Shown in pieces: positions 24,501 to 36,771 of a DNA stretch of 64,000 nt. The DNA is taken from NCBI RefSeq assembly GCF_964355755.1, contig NC_092670.1, positions 32,414,388-32,478,387 of the forward strand. Direction: 5' to 3'. A program made the position numbers and the translations under genes. This DNA comes from Antedon mediterranea. Lineage: Eukaryota; Animalia; Echinodermata. Position 1 is the stretch's first letter. The number at the start of each line of letters is the position of its first letter. The notes below the pieces were generated by a model. The model was not told where the DNA came from and ran no database searches. It worked only from the letters and a program-made list of their open reading frames with translations.

Positions 24501-27500
24501 CATGGATTCCTGCCGGTAAGTTACTACTACTGTAGTATTATTTACGTCAATTCATATTCTAGATGAGAACACTATTATTACTCTATGTTTAATGATCAGG
24601 ACGGTATTTTAGCATTTTTTTGTATTTGGTATTTGAATATACAGCCTCTGTATCATTACTTATTGCATTAAGATAGCGAGTGTAGTATCGTTGAGAACCA
24701 CCATGCACTAATAGAGTTGCAGGCTGGGGCGTGGGTACTAAGATTCTTCCCCACCTGACCTTCATGATATACTGGAAATAACTACTGTAGTATATTTACC
24801 GTACCTTCATTTCAATTACTGTGGGCCGGCTTGCTTGAGGCCGTAAAGCTTCCCTCACTGCTTCGTTGAACACAATATATATTAAAACAAAAGCTATTCC
24901 CTAATACAATAAAACGATTTTGTATTATTAACTATTGACTAAAATACATCATGATTTTTATTCTGTTCATAGCAATGCATAGTTTATCGTAACATTACTT
25001 TTGTTACTATCAAAATGAAAGTGCTACACTTTATATTTCATTATCGTTAATTAAATTCCCTGTAGGCCTAATGTATCTATATAATTAGCGCAGTATCATG
25101 GTCAAATCCTTTAATACAGTATCATAATGCATCACATGTGACGCGAGCATCATAGGCCATAAGTCTAATCTTAACATAATACACGTGTCATATGTGATAC
25201 ACACTGTAACACTGTATTACAGAATTGATGATACTGGACATAACATTTTATATTTTGAAATACGTTAGAGTATAATAGAGAATCGAATGACCGGCCGTAC
25301 ATTATAGGCCTACAATTATTGTGTGATTTTACCTCAAGAAGCATTAGAATCGCAAATACTTGCTGTAACCGTTGACTCTGAAGTCTAATTGCAACAAGTG
25401 ACGTAATCCAACAAGAAGTTAGTAAAGCAAACAGAAGCATAGTTCCTCGTAGCTCTTTCCTTAAATGATACAAAATACAAAAGCATAAATAAAACTAAAC
25501 TTCCATTTTTTCACGCTGCTGCTCTAGCCCGCGCGCTACGTCCCATTAAGACTACTCAATCAGAATCAGAAGCTAAAGCAAGCAGCAGTTATAGTTCTAA
25601 GGACAGTTTTGCGAAAATGGAAACTCCACTATAATTTATAGATTTCCAGCTGCTACTGTAGACCCAAAAAACGTCTGGGAAAAGAGTCTATTCGGACATG
25701 TCATGCTAAAATTACAAATCTCAAAGCATTTCTGGTATTTATGACTTTTGACTGTAATTCACTGTCAGATATTCATTGAATTATTATCGAAACAGTCCAT
25801 TAAAGTGTGTGTTTGTAATAGGATGCTTCACACTTGAAATATCTAGGGTGATGAAGTGACCCCCAGACTTGACTTTAGCAATAAAATTAACTAAAGTGAC
25901 AGAAATTGAGTATTCACTTCTGTAACAAAAAAATAATATTTATTCACATATAAAAAGAGAAAAGAAACCAAAAAACCATTGTCTGACAGACAATTTAAGT
26001 ATTTGTTGCTTTAAATTACATTTTTTCAGGTAAAATAACTATTATGTGACAATAAAATGAAACATTCAAAAACATTTGAAATAAAAAATATTTTTCAATA
26101 AGCGAGCAGCGTTTTTTGTAAGAAATATTTCTTGTTTATATACTGTATGTTTTGTAGACATTTACCTTTATGTAAATGTGTGTGTAATAATGTAAATTAC
26201 TTTGTTAATTGTTTTTGAGTTATTTTTATTATTATATTGTTAATATTTCTCTACTGAACCACTTTGGAAATCAATGCTTTAGCACTGAAAGTGTAATTCA
26301 GTATAAAGACAGAATAAATAAATAAATAGTTCTTGTTTATTTTAAGAAACATCTCAAAAGTAGCTTTGTTTGCCAAGTAGTTTGGATCAGGAAAGAACTC
26401 TGTTGAGTTGGATACAGACTACATGTTTAGAATGTATTTAGTATAAAATACATGTTTAAGATAACACTATTTTTACAGTGTAGTTATAACTGGAGGTAAA
26501 CAATAAGATTAGCTGACTTTACCTTACACATCTTTTGTAGTTTGGTTTGTTGATATCTGATCGACTATACGAACAATTTAAAAATGCAGCTTCTTGGGCC
26601 GTAGAAAACAACAAGAAAAAAAGAATTACCTATAAAATATAATACAAATACATCTTTATAATACATAACGATGAAATAAAGTCAGGTTGAATCTTTGTTG
26701 TACACCATTGTGCTACAGAAAGATAAATGTATATCAAATGAATGAATGTTGTTATTCTACAGCTGTTCCTCAGACCTGACTTTCGAGCCTTTATTTGCCA
26801 TGCAAAATAATATTCATTTTCAAGAGGTTATGAACAATTTGGTCTATAAGTTCATTTAAAGAATTATTTAAGCTTAATGATATTTTTTCCCCTGCATTTT
26901 TTTTTTACTATGCCATTTTAATGTCGCATAATAGTTATTCCTTCTGACCAAAAACCAAATGGAAAAAAAAAATTATTTACCTAAAAAAACTTTATTTGTC
27001 TGTTAGACAATGAGTTTTTGGTTAAAATAAACAGTTTAGGCCTATTTTGGCTTTTAATAAGTGAGATAATTATTTTCTTTGTTTCTTTTCTATAGAAGTA
27101 AATACTGTAACTTTGTTGAAATTGCAAAATGGCTTTTTAAAAGTCTGATTTTGTTAATCTTTTTGTCTATGTTTTTGGGGACAATACATCTTTAAGCCTA
27201 GTGCTTTCTGTAAACGAACATTTTCTAGCTGAATCAAAACTTCAGAAATAGTGGAATTAGGCCTAAAAGCTTTTATTTATAGTTATGTCAATCTTTGTAA
27301 ACTGTTGTCAGGTTGTGGAATAACTTAACTTATTATGTACTGCTTATTCAATGGATATGAAGTCCGAACTAACGTGAAATGAATAAATTAAATATTTCAT
27401 TCATCATTCATTTCATTTTCACATTTTAGCATTTTATTATTATTGTATTATTTGATTTTCTCAAATCACGTCATACTCACGATTGTAATCACAACGATTG

Positions 27501-30500
27501 GTATCAGGAAACACAGAAATAAGTACCATTTTCTAAAACACCTTAAAAAAAATGTACAATATAGTAATTAGCTCCTTATATGTGTATTCATGGCTAAATC
27601 ACGTACATCTCTAAAACAAATGCTACAAGCGTAGGCCTGCCATGTAATGGTAATATGAGTAATTATTATTGTCGCTAAAAAAAATTCGGAAAGTATTCCT
27701 AATTCTGCAGCTATCACTATCAAAAGTATCCAATACAGCCGGGTGTCTAGAAAACTCAGATCTAGAAAACTCAGATCTCAGATATATCTGAGTTTTCTAG
27801 ATCTAGAAAACTCAGATAGGCCCTATCTGAGTTTTCTAGTTCCAAAATGGAACTAGAAAACCCAGATCATCAAATGGATCGTTCCATTATTATCAGAGGG
27901 TAGCTTGTTTGAAATGTAACTTGTAGTAACGGCTCAACGTGTGGGCGCTATCGCGATGTATCGCGAAGAGTAGGCCTGGCCCGGGTACTAGGCTAGAAGT
28001 GGTCAACTCGTACCCAAAATAACTCGTACCTATTCCCAACTTGGCTAACTCGTACCTCAACCAACTCGTACCCACGCCCACCAACTTGTACATACCTAAT
28101 TGTTAAGCCTACATTTTAACAGTAACGTGTACTGTATTTTCTTTATGATTTACCGTAAACCGCTTCTACATGTTACAATATTAGTAATAAAAAGTAGGCC
28201 TACACAGTAACCAGTTCCAATAATAATAAATAATACTCTAGTAGGCCTATTTCAAATCACCTACCTTCTGATTAATAATGGAATGATCTAAATGACCTAC
28301 CAACCAATCATATGATGATCTGAGTTTTCTAGTTCCATTTTGGAACTAGAAAACCCAGATATTGATATCTGAGTTTTCTAGATCTAGAAAAGTCAGATAT
28401 CTGTCGAGTTTTCTAGATCTAGAAAACTCAGATATATCTGAGATCTGAGTTTTCTAGATCTGAGTTTTCTAGACACCCATATTCGTTTCTAAATGACTTG
28501 CGATAGTCAGTTAGGCTCTATTTAGTGACAGGTGAATAATAATCGGATGAAAGTGATACTCATGATTGAATATAGGCCTAAAAGTTATATTTCTAGAATC
28601 TAAAGCTTTTGCTTACAGCTTAGGCCTAACCCCATTCGCAACTTTAAATAATGTGCTTTGTATTCAATATTCAAACAAGGCCATGTACATGACTGCAGTT
28701 GCGTGCGCAAATTTGAGATAGTGTTTACCAACCGACCGACATAGTGAGCTAGAAATTCGCGCTGCACGCGACTAAAAATATAATTATTTATGTATACTTT
28801 AATCTGAGATTGTGAATAAGGTTGATTCGGAAAGCAACGTTTATTTGTTTTACATGCGCTAAACACATGCTGACTAACGACATGCAACCTATGAGAAGCA
28901 AAAATTCTTATTAATCTGCCGTTTCTACTTTCTGAATGATTTAACTTACTGTAATAATTCATCGTATTCTTCAAAATATATCACAGCACATATAAATACA
29001 AACACAAACGGCAACACTAATAAAAAAGAAATATTAAGTAAAGCACATATTAAAAATAGCAATTGTTAGTAAAATTCTGTGACATTCGTAGTTAGTAATT
29101 AAAACTTTACTAAGCTTAATGATGCATCATAAGACAGTTATAATTCCGCAGTCCCGCGTTTTTAAAGGTTAGTTCCAGGTTTAAAATTTCTATTTTATAT
29201 TTCACGACATTCGTCCTGCTTCACTAGTATAAGAACATAAAATGGTTTTATTACCAATGTTGATAAAAAGGTTTACATTTTATTCTAAACAAAAATTATA
29301 CCCGGAGCTACACTTTAAGGTTAAACAAAAAATTGTCGTCATTGGCTGAATGTTAACATTTACTAAAACAGAATAGAAGGCATTTATATACATCAACTGA
29401 AACCATGTAAACACAACTCTTATCTATATCAAACATTATGTTTAATTTGGTCTTACCCCATCCAGTGATGTGATAGACCCATGTGCGAACAGCGTTCTTT
29501 CGTGACGTTGCTCCAATATACAATCGTACTGATTCCAAAAACAACCAAAGAAACTGAGCTATAACCCAATATTGAAAGCCGACAACAGCCAGACGGCAAA
29601 TCGTCTAACAATTAAATTAGAAATATTACTTGGGTGGGATGAAGGTACCAATGTTGTGTTGTAATAGTGGTAGTGATAATACAGCTGTTGATAGGGGTTA
29701 TGTAAATGGAAATTAACCTGTGACCTGCCTACGGGGCTGAATTGCGCACATGTGTGGACGACACATACCACAACTTTCCACTCCCCTAAGGGTCCCTTCG
29801 TGTCGAGTGCTGCCACCAAACGGCGCTCGTTCGTCTGTCCACAACGGCAGGGGCTGAATGGACCAGTACACCGAGGTAACCCCCTACTCTTCCGAAAGTT
29901 GTACTGGGTTCTTTGAAGTGCACACGAGCCACATGTGTACACTGGACCTCCAGTTTTAAATCCTTGTCCGAGAAGACTTATTCTACCACCAAAACAATAG
30001 TCGAGGAGTGACTTGAACCTGTGTGGTGGCAGTGATGGTAGCTGTTGTGTGGGGGTGACGGTTGTTTAGATGGGTGTAACTGACAGCTATACTAATGATA
30101 TGGTAATTAACTACTATACTTACAAAATGATTTCTTGTTTCAAATGTAACAACAAATAGGATCACACTTGCTATCATAGAAAGTGCTAAACAACAGCGTA
30201 CAACCATTGTTGAAGTGTCAAAATATCTAAGAGAAAAATGTTTTCGTCATCCATTTATAAAACGGTAGTTTCAGAAATATTTTTATATCATACGTCCATA
30301 AATGGTATACTGTTCTGTATATTCTTGTCTGAGCTGTGATGGCGCTAGTTACAATCCGTTATGCGTGATTAATTATTAGAATTACGTAATGCATAAAAGA
30401 GTTATTGTTATTACCTTAAAGATACTAGTACGAGGACGGCAATAAGTAGAAGAAATACGGTGATACTTGCACAGATGTACGTTGAAAGGATAAGCCAAGA

Positions 30501-33500
30501 TGGCGAATCAACCTATGGTCAAATTTAAATATTTATGACTGGATATATTTGCTTGTATGGTACAACAAATTCTGTACATGTTCATGTATACAAACCTATA
30601 GCTTCGTGTTGTATCTAAAGGACAGTAATATACTTTTATGTAACCGAGAAAAAGAACAAAATTTGGGTGGTCATTTCAATCTTGCAATGCAACGATGTTG
30701 ATAATTATTAATTACTGTAAACCCATATTAATCAACTTGATAGACTACTAAAGTATTTTGACTTTTAAAAATATTATAAAGATACATATAAATGTTACCG
30801 TTATTACGCTTGGTTCACAACTTGTAAGGTTTGAAGCTATCCAAATTGCAGTTGATTCAGCTGCAACGCAAGAACGAGTCATAAATCGGTAGTCTAAAAA
30901 CAAAAATGTTAGAAATACATAAACATTACCCTGTAAATTACCCTGTAAATTACCCTCTTGGGTGAGGAAGGTTGGTTTTGACAACAAGAGATATTTGAGT
31001 GAAATCAGTTATTTAGAGTGTGACATTGCCGTAAATGTGCGCATAACCTGAGTATACTATTATAGCTGCACATTTGATTAAAACTTCTAGATTTGAATGC
31101 TGATAAATGCAAACAAGCTATAACAATTTAAGAGGAAAGCAATACATTTGCTTGTAGTGCCATGCCTTTTTATATTAAGCGCCTAAATTCTTAATTTTCT
31201 TTTACGGCAGTTTTGAAGTTTTCTCGAGACCACGAGATACGATCTCTGTTATATGCGATTGTAATGTTTTTTAAATAAAAGATTACTACCTAAATTTTAG
31301 GCCCTACTGCTTTTACATACTACATGTTGATCGACAACTTGACATACCTGTGGAATTAGGACACAGCATTGAAACGACAACTCCGGGTAAAGTGGGATAC
31401 CAAGTTATACCGTTAAACACCTCTTGCGTGCACCATTCTGTTGTAAATATATAAATCACAACAAATATAGAAATCAGTATAAGATTTAGATTTTAGAGAA
31501 TTTAATACTTTTCGCTCCATATTATTTTCCCTTCCCTAAATGTACTTCTGTGCTGCTATTTGCGCCCCGTATTCTTTCTTTATCAATGTACTTTTTCAAT
31601 ATCCCCTTCAACCTACCTTTAGACTCATTTAATAAGGGATGTGGTAGTACTGTTTGTAGAGGCCAGAAAGTAGACACAGATGGCGTACTGACAATGGAAA
31701 CCGATGATGTAGTGACAGTAGAACTTCTGACGTATAGTGGTGATGACGTAAACAGTTGAGAAGAAGAAACCAAAAACGTTGATGATGTCATCACTTCAGC
31801 AGGGATGATGTCAATAGTTGATGTAATTTTTAGTATCGAAGATGTTAGAATCATACTCGATAGCTCAGGTGATGGCGATGGGCTTAATTCCATTAAACTT
31901 GATGAAACGAAAAGTTCGGTTAGCGATGAAATGGAAACATACGGAGTTTGTAGTTCGAGTAAGTTTGTAGATGAAAGTTTAATTGTTAATTGTGACGAAG
32001 ATATGACATCTGACGAAGATACGACATCTGACGAAGATATGACATCTGACGAAGATATGACGTCATGAAGTGATGATGTCAGAAGTTCGGTTGTATGATT
32101 GTTTATTATTGTTTCTAAAGCAATGGTAAAATAAACACATGAACCGTCTAAATAAAAAAAAAATATTTGTATCTCCAGGGAAGAGTGAAATAACGATTTC
32201 ACTCTTCCCTGGTATCTCGTAGTACCCCCCATATCAACGGGCCTAAGTTCTGATATGAACATTAGAAAAGACGTGATGCCCCTCTCTAACAGACGGATAT
32301 TTTCGAATAGGTCAAGAATATACCGATATTTAGCTATGTCAGAAAGTGGCTTTTAAAGAACAAGTTAGTGCAGTAAGTCAGTGACGTCAGTGATACAGTA
32401 ATGTTAGTAGTGAACGTTACAATACATAATTATTATGAATATATTAACCACAGCTAAGGTTTTAAAAAGTGAGTTTCTAAATTGTATTTGGCTTCTTAAA
32501 ATACTTGGCAATTCTTTTGATTTGCGAAAGCTATACAAATGGACAACGCATCAATTGTGCATGCATCCCGGCTTACGAATGAATAGTAATACCATAGAGT
32601 GGATATTTCTTTATTTATATAGCTTTGCCAAAAGAAATTGGTCTGCTCTTCCAAACCTGTTAACAGCGTTGTATCTGTTTCACCAACAGTGCTATAAGCC
32701 TCTAAAGCTGTTGTGTACGTAATGAGTGCATCAAATGATGACGTCACAGGGATTGAGGAGGAGGACACGGACGGTTCCTCCGGAAATATAACTTCAACTC
32801 CTGACGATAAATAGAATGAATGCCATGGGTTTTGTTAAGGTGATAAATTCTACAACATTTCTTCACAAACATAAAAATACAATTTAAACATTGACAGTAA
32901 CAAAATGTGATAACATAACAAATACAAATGTTGTACATATACAGAAAGAAACACACAATTCGACGCATGCGTTAAGACGTTGATAGTGTGTATCACTGAT
33001 TATGTGATGTTAATAATTAGACATATTGCATTGTTAGTTAAGTGTGATTTCACTATTTCAATATTCTATTGACGAGTATTTGCGAAACACAGAGTTAATT
33101 AAAGTAAACTGCAGTGTTTAAATACTAATTCAAATATAAAAACAGTTTGTTTACCATGTTGATGTAGGCCTAATAGTGTATCGGTGGCCCGATCAGTGCG
33201 GATTATTAGAGGCAAGTTGTTTTGTGTGTGGGGATGGGGATGGGTCAAAAAACTACACCGTCTATTTAACAGAAGGTGTATTTGGGAAAACAACTACATG
33301 TATGATATGTATTTGTCACTGATTTCCAACAGTTCACTATAAATGTCCTAGGCCTACGTATAATATTAACGCTTTGCGCCAAAATTGTGGAAAACCACGA
33401 AAGTATATATCAATTATTGCTACTGCGCATGATCAGGGTAATCACCATTATTTGTACCTAATTCAAATTTACAAATAAAGCCTTTTCTCTCTGCGCATGT

Positions 33501-35560
33501 CCTGTCTCTCCATATACCCGTAGCCTTGGTGTCACCAGTCAACACATCTATACAGAATTCATCACCTGCCATAAAGGAAATTGAAAGTAACATCGGAACT
33601 GTCACCATGGTAACATTACACACGTGACTATTGTTAGCATCTAGGCAAACCAATTATAAAATTATAAAATAATAATCATATAATATAAATAATCGACAGA
33701 AACGATGTTGTGGTGGAGTTATATTAACAAAATTAACGATGTAAATGTCTAACCCTCTACCTTACGTGGCATGCTGTAGTCCTACCACATCTCACAAAAT
33801 TATACTAAGACCAAAATATGATTATTAGACGATGTCATTTTCTTAGGTATAGCCTCATATTTGGCCCATAATGCCGGTTCATGCTTAGTTATTTATTGTA
33901 AGCTGGTTCCTATCAAGGCAATCTAAAAACATGACACTGAGCTCGCCTAGTCAACATATGAACTCGTAACAGTCCTTTGATCTTATGTCTGGCTTCGACA
34001 AATATCAACTGTAATGCACAGTACATTAGGGCGTGGAGCTGCTTGTGTCGCAGTCACAGATAAACCCTTTGATCCCAGAATCCTGTTGTTAGATTGCCTT
34101 GTTCATACTAACCAAAGATAGCAATAACTGAACTCATAACAAACCTTCCCGGGAAAACTAAAAGCCTGTGAAAATGAGCAAGTGCAGTTTTGCACACATG
34201 CATCTCAAGTCCTCCTGATCCGTCTTTGTTGTATTGTATACTTTTGTAACTCAGCAAATATTTCTGGAATCTATAAGTAACAACTTACCGTCACGCTTGT
34301 CAGGCTGCCCAGCTTCCCACTGTGCATCTTCGTCTGCCAACGGCACATCATTCTCCCATAAATATGGCCCGGTTGGTGTGTACTGGCGTAGTCCAATCCA
34401 TAAGTAACCATTGGCAAACGGGGGATCTATTTGTTCATTGATGAATCTAGACATTTTAATGAAAAACTCATGAGACTTGTGGGAATTACGGGGCACCTCG
34501 ACTCGCCCAGTCTTCGAATTACATATTAACTTAGTATTAACAGGATTAGGCCTACAATGTGATGATGAAAATTTTCATGACATTATTTGACCCATCTTTA
34601 AAAACTAAATGGCATTCTGGAAGGTCTACTCAGAAACATTTAGGGTAGGTTAGGAAATTTGGTATTTTTTTAGATAAAATGGCATGAACAAGCTACAAAA
34701 CTTACAATCGTTCTTCCTCGCTGTCAAAATAAAGAAGTCTAGAAGAGTGCTGCGATCTACAAATCGAACGTGCATCGTCCCAACTTGCGAGGTCGGAGTC
34801 TAAAGTAATGCTGCTATTTGGATGAATAAAATAGCAAAAGTTTCCGTTAGTTAACCAAAAGGTTGGGCACTCACGTTCCTCTGAAAATAAGAATTATTAA
34901 TTGTGTCAATGCTTTTGCCATTTATCACATGAGCAAAACAGTTATCATTACCGATTATCGGAACCCCACCTCCCTCCCTCTTAATTTAACTGCCCTTTAC
35001 TTATGTGTTATTGTGTGCCCTATTTAATAGATATGATGTTTGTTATCCCTCTAGACCCGCCTACGCCAATGTCTTTTTCCAATCCTAAAGAATCCGTAAT
35101 CATTTTTTTAAATAGAGATGTGTTAGAACCGTAATTACGTAGCCATAACATCGGCAAGGGTTCGGGTTCGGGATCACTCGCTCCATGGTGGTATAACGAT
35201 AAGGAGGACTATAAACCGTAGGTTCAGTGTACACATCTAGCTCATGTGCACTTTAAAGAACCGAGTACATCTTTCTAGACGAGTAGGGGTTCTGGTGTAC
35301 TAGTAGGCCTACATTACAACCAATGATCACAACTGTGCTCTCTTTGACTGAAGAGTTCGCCCAGTATAAATAAAAAATAAATATTTCAATAGGCTTGTGA
35401 TGTATTGTAGATGATAGGCGTACTTACGAATTTGTTATTTCATTTCACAGTAAAATGATGGAAATTAATGTTGTTATTTTTTCTTACCTGGTTCAAGTTG
35501 AGAGTATCCAAACCAAAATACAGAAAGTGCGATAACAATTTGTTTCAGACCTAACGTCAT
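18543..35560 (-). CDS. Family-B/adhesion-like GPCR: signal peptide, C-type lectin, Ser/Thr stalk, HRM, 7TM, long C-tail (about 1140 aa); no GAIN domain
   Basis: Phase-consistent exons: 35560-35488 (signal); 34880-34706, 34446-34289, 33565-33458 (CTL: CPTFW..CY, SWDDARSIC, WIGL, WEAGQPD, WRDRTC..FIC); 32800-32657 and 32114 (or 32147)-31617 (S/T-rich); 31437-31348 and 30893-30799 (HRM: WC..GITWYPT..CP..C..W..NLTSC); 30512-30415, 30226-30124, 29604-29457 (ICRLAVVGFQYW..FLWLFLES..LY..YHITGW), 29016-28950, 27541-27481, 26629-26523, 25459-25333, 24900-24805 (LEGIAFVLIYIVFNEAVRE); tail 23573-23412, 23310-23062, 22935-22783, 19262-18543. Confidence 0.85.
19770..19844 (-). tRNA. trnG-TCC: tRNA-Gly(TCC) with a 3-nt D-loop insertion (possible pseudogene)
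   Basis: GCGTCGGTGGTGTAGTGGTTATTAACATAGTTGCCTTCCAAGCAATTGTCCCGGGTTCGATTCCCGGCCGACGCA; all stems pair and a T-run follows. Confidence 0.85.
20781..20852 (-). tRNA. trnG-TCC: tRNA-Gly(TCC)
   Basis: 72-nt cloverleaf with acceptor GCGTCGG/CCGACGC, anticodon loop CTTCCAA, T-loop TTCGATT and a downstream TTTTT terminator. Confidence 0.95.
21587..21658 (+). tRNA. trnG-TCC: tRNA-Gly(TCC)
   Basis: Identical to 20781-20852 in inverted orientation, followed by ttttttt. Confidence 0.95.
23603..23955. mobile_element. Short Kolobok-like MITE family (related pieces at about 13131, 26880-27195 and 44040-44288)
   Basis: Ends (ttaa)agatgtattgtcccc and ggggacaatacatct(ttaa); shared core ccattttaatgtcacataatagttatccactttga. 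Confidence 0.6.
27741..28478. mobile_element. Foldback-like MITE with tandem 15-bp subterminal units and a nested aactcgtacc-repeat fragment (about 28000-28095)
   Basis: gggtgtctagaaaactcagatctagaaaactcagatc at the left end and its exact inverse ending ...ctagacaccc at the right. Confidence 0.8.
29690..29975 (-). mobile_element. Deu/Nin-domain SINE fragment (second copy about 35150-35385, + strand)
   Basis: Both copies share aggt(c/t)cagtgtacacat..gtgcactt(c/t)aaagaacc..agtaca..gagtaggggt..ggtgtact, resembling the DeuSINE/AmnSINE1 core. Confidence 0.6.
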
Positions 35561-36771
35561 CCTTTAAATAGATCGTACTACTCACAGGTCGCTGCTGCTG
35601 TTGGTAAAAAAGAATAATATTCCTCGATGCTGAAAAACAACATTAACTTCAGCAACGTCGGTATTGTCTAAACAACCCCATCGGTAACGTTAATGCTGTT
35701 GACATAAATTTCTACTGTCAGCTGTAGAGCAATCACTTCAATTGCTGGTATATAGCTCTGAACCCGATTGCAGATATAAAACAAACTCCTCTTCGGTAAC
35801 TAACGCCAATGGTGGAAAATAATCTCCGTTTTCTCTATCTTCGACGTTGTATACCGAAAGAATAGTGTCCGCCTCGGTAACTTGTAACTTAACAGCTTTA
35901 AACCCTGAACACCTGCATAACGGATGCGATCTATTAGAATGTGAAGGAAATCAATAAGGAACGGAAGAAAACAACGTTTGAAGATAAAGAAACGATGAAT
36001 GTAATCTTAATAATTATCCGAAGAAATAATAAATATTGGTCGTTATTATTATAAGGATATGATCAATCTGAAACTCGTTATTTAAATCTAAGTTATTTAG
36101 CAATAAGGCAATACTCATTAGCCTCCTCGAAGCAAACATAATGATAACTTATTCCGCAAGTAGTTTGACCAATAATGATGGACCATCCGAAATGTCGCTT
36201 TTGATTGGTCAACTCGTTTGCGTTGTGCCCCCGTCGTTGCGTTTTATTTATGTTATTTTTCTTCTTTCTTTATACTGAATGATACTTTCAGTGCTATACA
36301 GCAGTAATTTCCAAAGTGGTTCTCAGTTGAATCGGAAATTATATAATATAATACAAAAATAATTCAAAGACAACTTCTTCTTCTTCTTTTTATTGTATCA
36401 AACAAAAACAATTTCAATACAAAAGGTAGCCAAGATATTATAGCCGAAGCTAATCAAGCTTGGTACCTTTTATCTTAACTAACTTAAGCTACACAGTAGG
36501 CCTAATTTAAATTAATACACAAACATTTACAATAAGGTACGGTAACTACTACAAAACATACATTATATATAAATAAATAAGGAATTAAACGGCAAAACAA
36601 AATTTAAAAGGTAAAAGATACTTCTACTTAATAAGTAATATTTTGGATTTAATTTTCACAACTACATACATTTATAGTTTGTTTTTGTATCCGATTTGAA
36701 AGTTTGTTCCATAATTTGGTTGATCGATATACAAAAGTTCTTTTGCCTTGTGTATTTTCGATGATGGTTCA

